This document shows, one piece after another, positions 5,171-5,797 of a stretch of 5,797 bases of DNA (position 1 is its first letter; every line of letters begins with the position of its first letter). The stretch spans positions 1-5,797 of IMG/VR virus record IMGVR_UViG_3300045988_013551. The stretch is one strand, 5' to 3'. A program made the translations under genes and the position numbers. The notes beneath the pieces are model-generated. The model searched no databases, was not told where the DNA came from, and saw only the letters and a list, made by a program, of their open reading frames with translations. Source of the DNA: a virus.

Positions 5171-5287
5171 ATGGCACACAGAAGCGGCGCAGGCCGGGGC
5201 GACCAGCGGCGTTTTACCCAGACTGCAAAACGGGTAAAGAACATCAACGTAAGACCAAAGGTCAGCCGTGGCGGCATCCGATTATAA
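5171..5287 (+). CDS. Small arginine-rich DNA-binding/packaging protein (phiX174 J analogue; gokushovirus ORF8-like), 38 aa
   Basis: Translation: MAHRSGAGRGDQRRFTQTAKRVKNINVRPKVSRGGIRL. It is strongly basic, and its C-terminal R-G-G-I-R-L matches the RGG(I/R)R(F/L) ending I recall for ORF8 of the Chlamydia and Spiroplasma microviruses. AAGGAGGTG lies 8 nt upstream of the ATG. Confidence 0.8.
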   Translation: MAHRSGAGRGDQRRFTQTAKRVKNINVRPKVSRGGIRL

Positions 5288-5317
5288 CCGAAACGAACAA
5301 AGAAAGGAGGTGAAGCA

Positions 5318-5419
5318 GTGAATTTTAAAGAAACCATGGACATTCTGCTGAAAATCCTTGCAATGGTGGATAAAATCTACCACGCAGTTGTCAAGGACGA
5401 AGACGAAAAAGAGGAGTAA
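5318..5419 (+). CDS. Hypothetical 33-codon ORF: (M/V)NFKETMDILLKILAMVDKIYHAVVKDEDEKEE
   Basis: GTG 5318 lies 7 nt after AAGGAGG (5304-5310); an in-frame ATG at 5336 is an alternative start. Its stop TAA (5417-5419) lies 2 nt before the peptidase ATG, and its last codons (GAGGAG) provide that gene's SD. I recognise no family. Confidence 0.4.
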   Translation: MNFKETMDILLKILAMVDKIYHAVVKDEDEKEE

Positions 5420-5421
5420 AG

Positions 5422-5797
5422 ATGCTGCATGAATACAGCTTATTTAATCAGGGCACCCAACAAGTAAGCGAACACTTCAAGATTCAAGAATTTGCACAAA
5501 AAGACTACCGGTGTGATAAAATTCTTATTGAATCAGAACTAATAAAAGTGCTAGAAGATATAAGAACACACTTCAATAAACCGGTAATCATCACCAGCGG
5601 CTACAGAACACCAGAATACAACAAGAAGGTCGGCGGTGTAAAAAATTCACAACACACAAAGGGCACGGCAGCAGACATCAAAGTGAAAAATGTGCTAGCC
5701 AGCAAGGTGCAAAACTACCTAAGCAAAAAATATCCCAACAAATACGGCATAGGTAGATACAACAACTTTACGCACATAGACGTGCGAAAAAAAAAAG
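5422..5797 (+). CDS. Zinc D-Ala-D-Ala carboxypeptidase-like cell-wall peptidase, Peptidase_M15 (M15A / M15_3-like). It is 130 aa in total, runs off the window end and continues at 1-116
   Basis: My translation: MLHEYSLFNQGTQQVSEHFKIQEFAQKDYRCDKILIESELIKVLEDIRTHFNKPVIITSGYRTPEYNKKVGGVKNSQHTKGTAADIKVKNVLASKVQNYLSKKYPNKYGIGRYNNFTHIDVRKKKARWRG. It carries the signature SGYR-x4-N-x2-VGG-x3-S-x-H-x2-G-x-A-x-D (5596-5676; H 5653-5655, D 5674-5676) and the distal F-x-H-x-D (H 5773-5775, D 5779-5781). GAGGAG lies 5 nt upstream of ATG 5422. Confidence 0.85.
   Translation, partial: MLHEYSLFNQGTQQVSEHFKIQEFAQKDYRCDKILIESELIKVLEDIRTHFNKPVIITSGYRTPEYNKKVGGVKNSQHTKGTAADIKVKNVLASKVQNYLSKKYPNKYGIGRYNNFTHIDVRKKK
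5699..5797. repeat. Terminal direct repeat, right copy; identical to 1-99
   Basis: See the left copy; both copies include the same A10 run. Confidence 0.95.

Noticed and set aside
138-5343. All minus-strand ORFs in the track: 138-326, 170-442, 364-834, 483-827, 650-1039, 1534-1800, 1589-1771, 1856-2407, 2109-2324, 2520-2846, 2591-2830, 2945-3130, 4011-4193, 4445-4672, 4857-5177 and 4984-5343
   Set aside because: Each lies antisense to a well-supported + strand gene or to the terminator/promoter elements. Their translations are Cys/Arg/Phe/Leu-rich with no recognisable motifs and no RBS. Microviridae transcribe one strand only. The T-poor + strand depletes stop codons on the complement, which produces long spurious ORFs.

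Overview
This window is a complete circular genome of a small ssDNA phage of the family Microviridae, with gokushovirus-like gene content and order. It is not a piece of bacterial chromosome. Nucleotides 1-99 are identical to 5699-5797, so the window is an assembly overlap of a 5698-nt circle. Every gene I can support is on the + strand. In order they are: a small VP5-like protein (120-374), a VP3-like scaffolding candidate (361-789), major capsid VP1 (815-2491) and DNA-pilot protein VP2 (2530-3387). A roughly 340-nt repeat-rich non-coding region (3388-3730) follows, then the rolling-circle replication initiator VP4 (3731-4720). A roughly 1-kb accessory module follows VP4. It holds a 44-codon ORF with its own promoter and terminator, a 38-aa arginine-rich J/ORF8-like DNA-binding protein, a 33-codon ORF, and a 130-aa M15-family zinc peptidase. 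The peptidase ORF (5422 to window end, continuing at 1-116) crosses the circular junction, so it is absent from the supplied ORF track. I see no rRNA, tRNA, CRISPR array, integrase or transposase. The points most worth follow-up are the endolysin-like peptidase in a phage family that normally lacks one, the iteron-like TTCAACA/CAACAAGT array with nearby hairpins (a candidate origin), and the moron-like cassette. Also notable is a terminator hairpin that carries a perfect TTGACA-17-TATAAT promoter. Functional calls rest on motifs I recognise by eye; no database search was possible.
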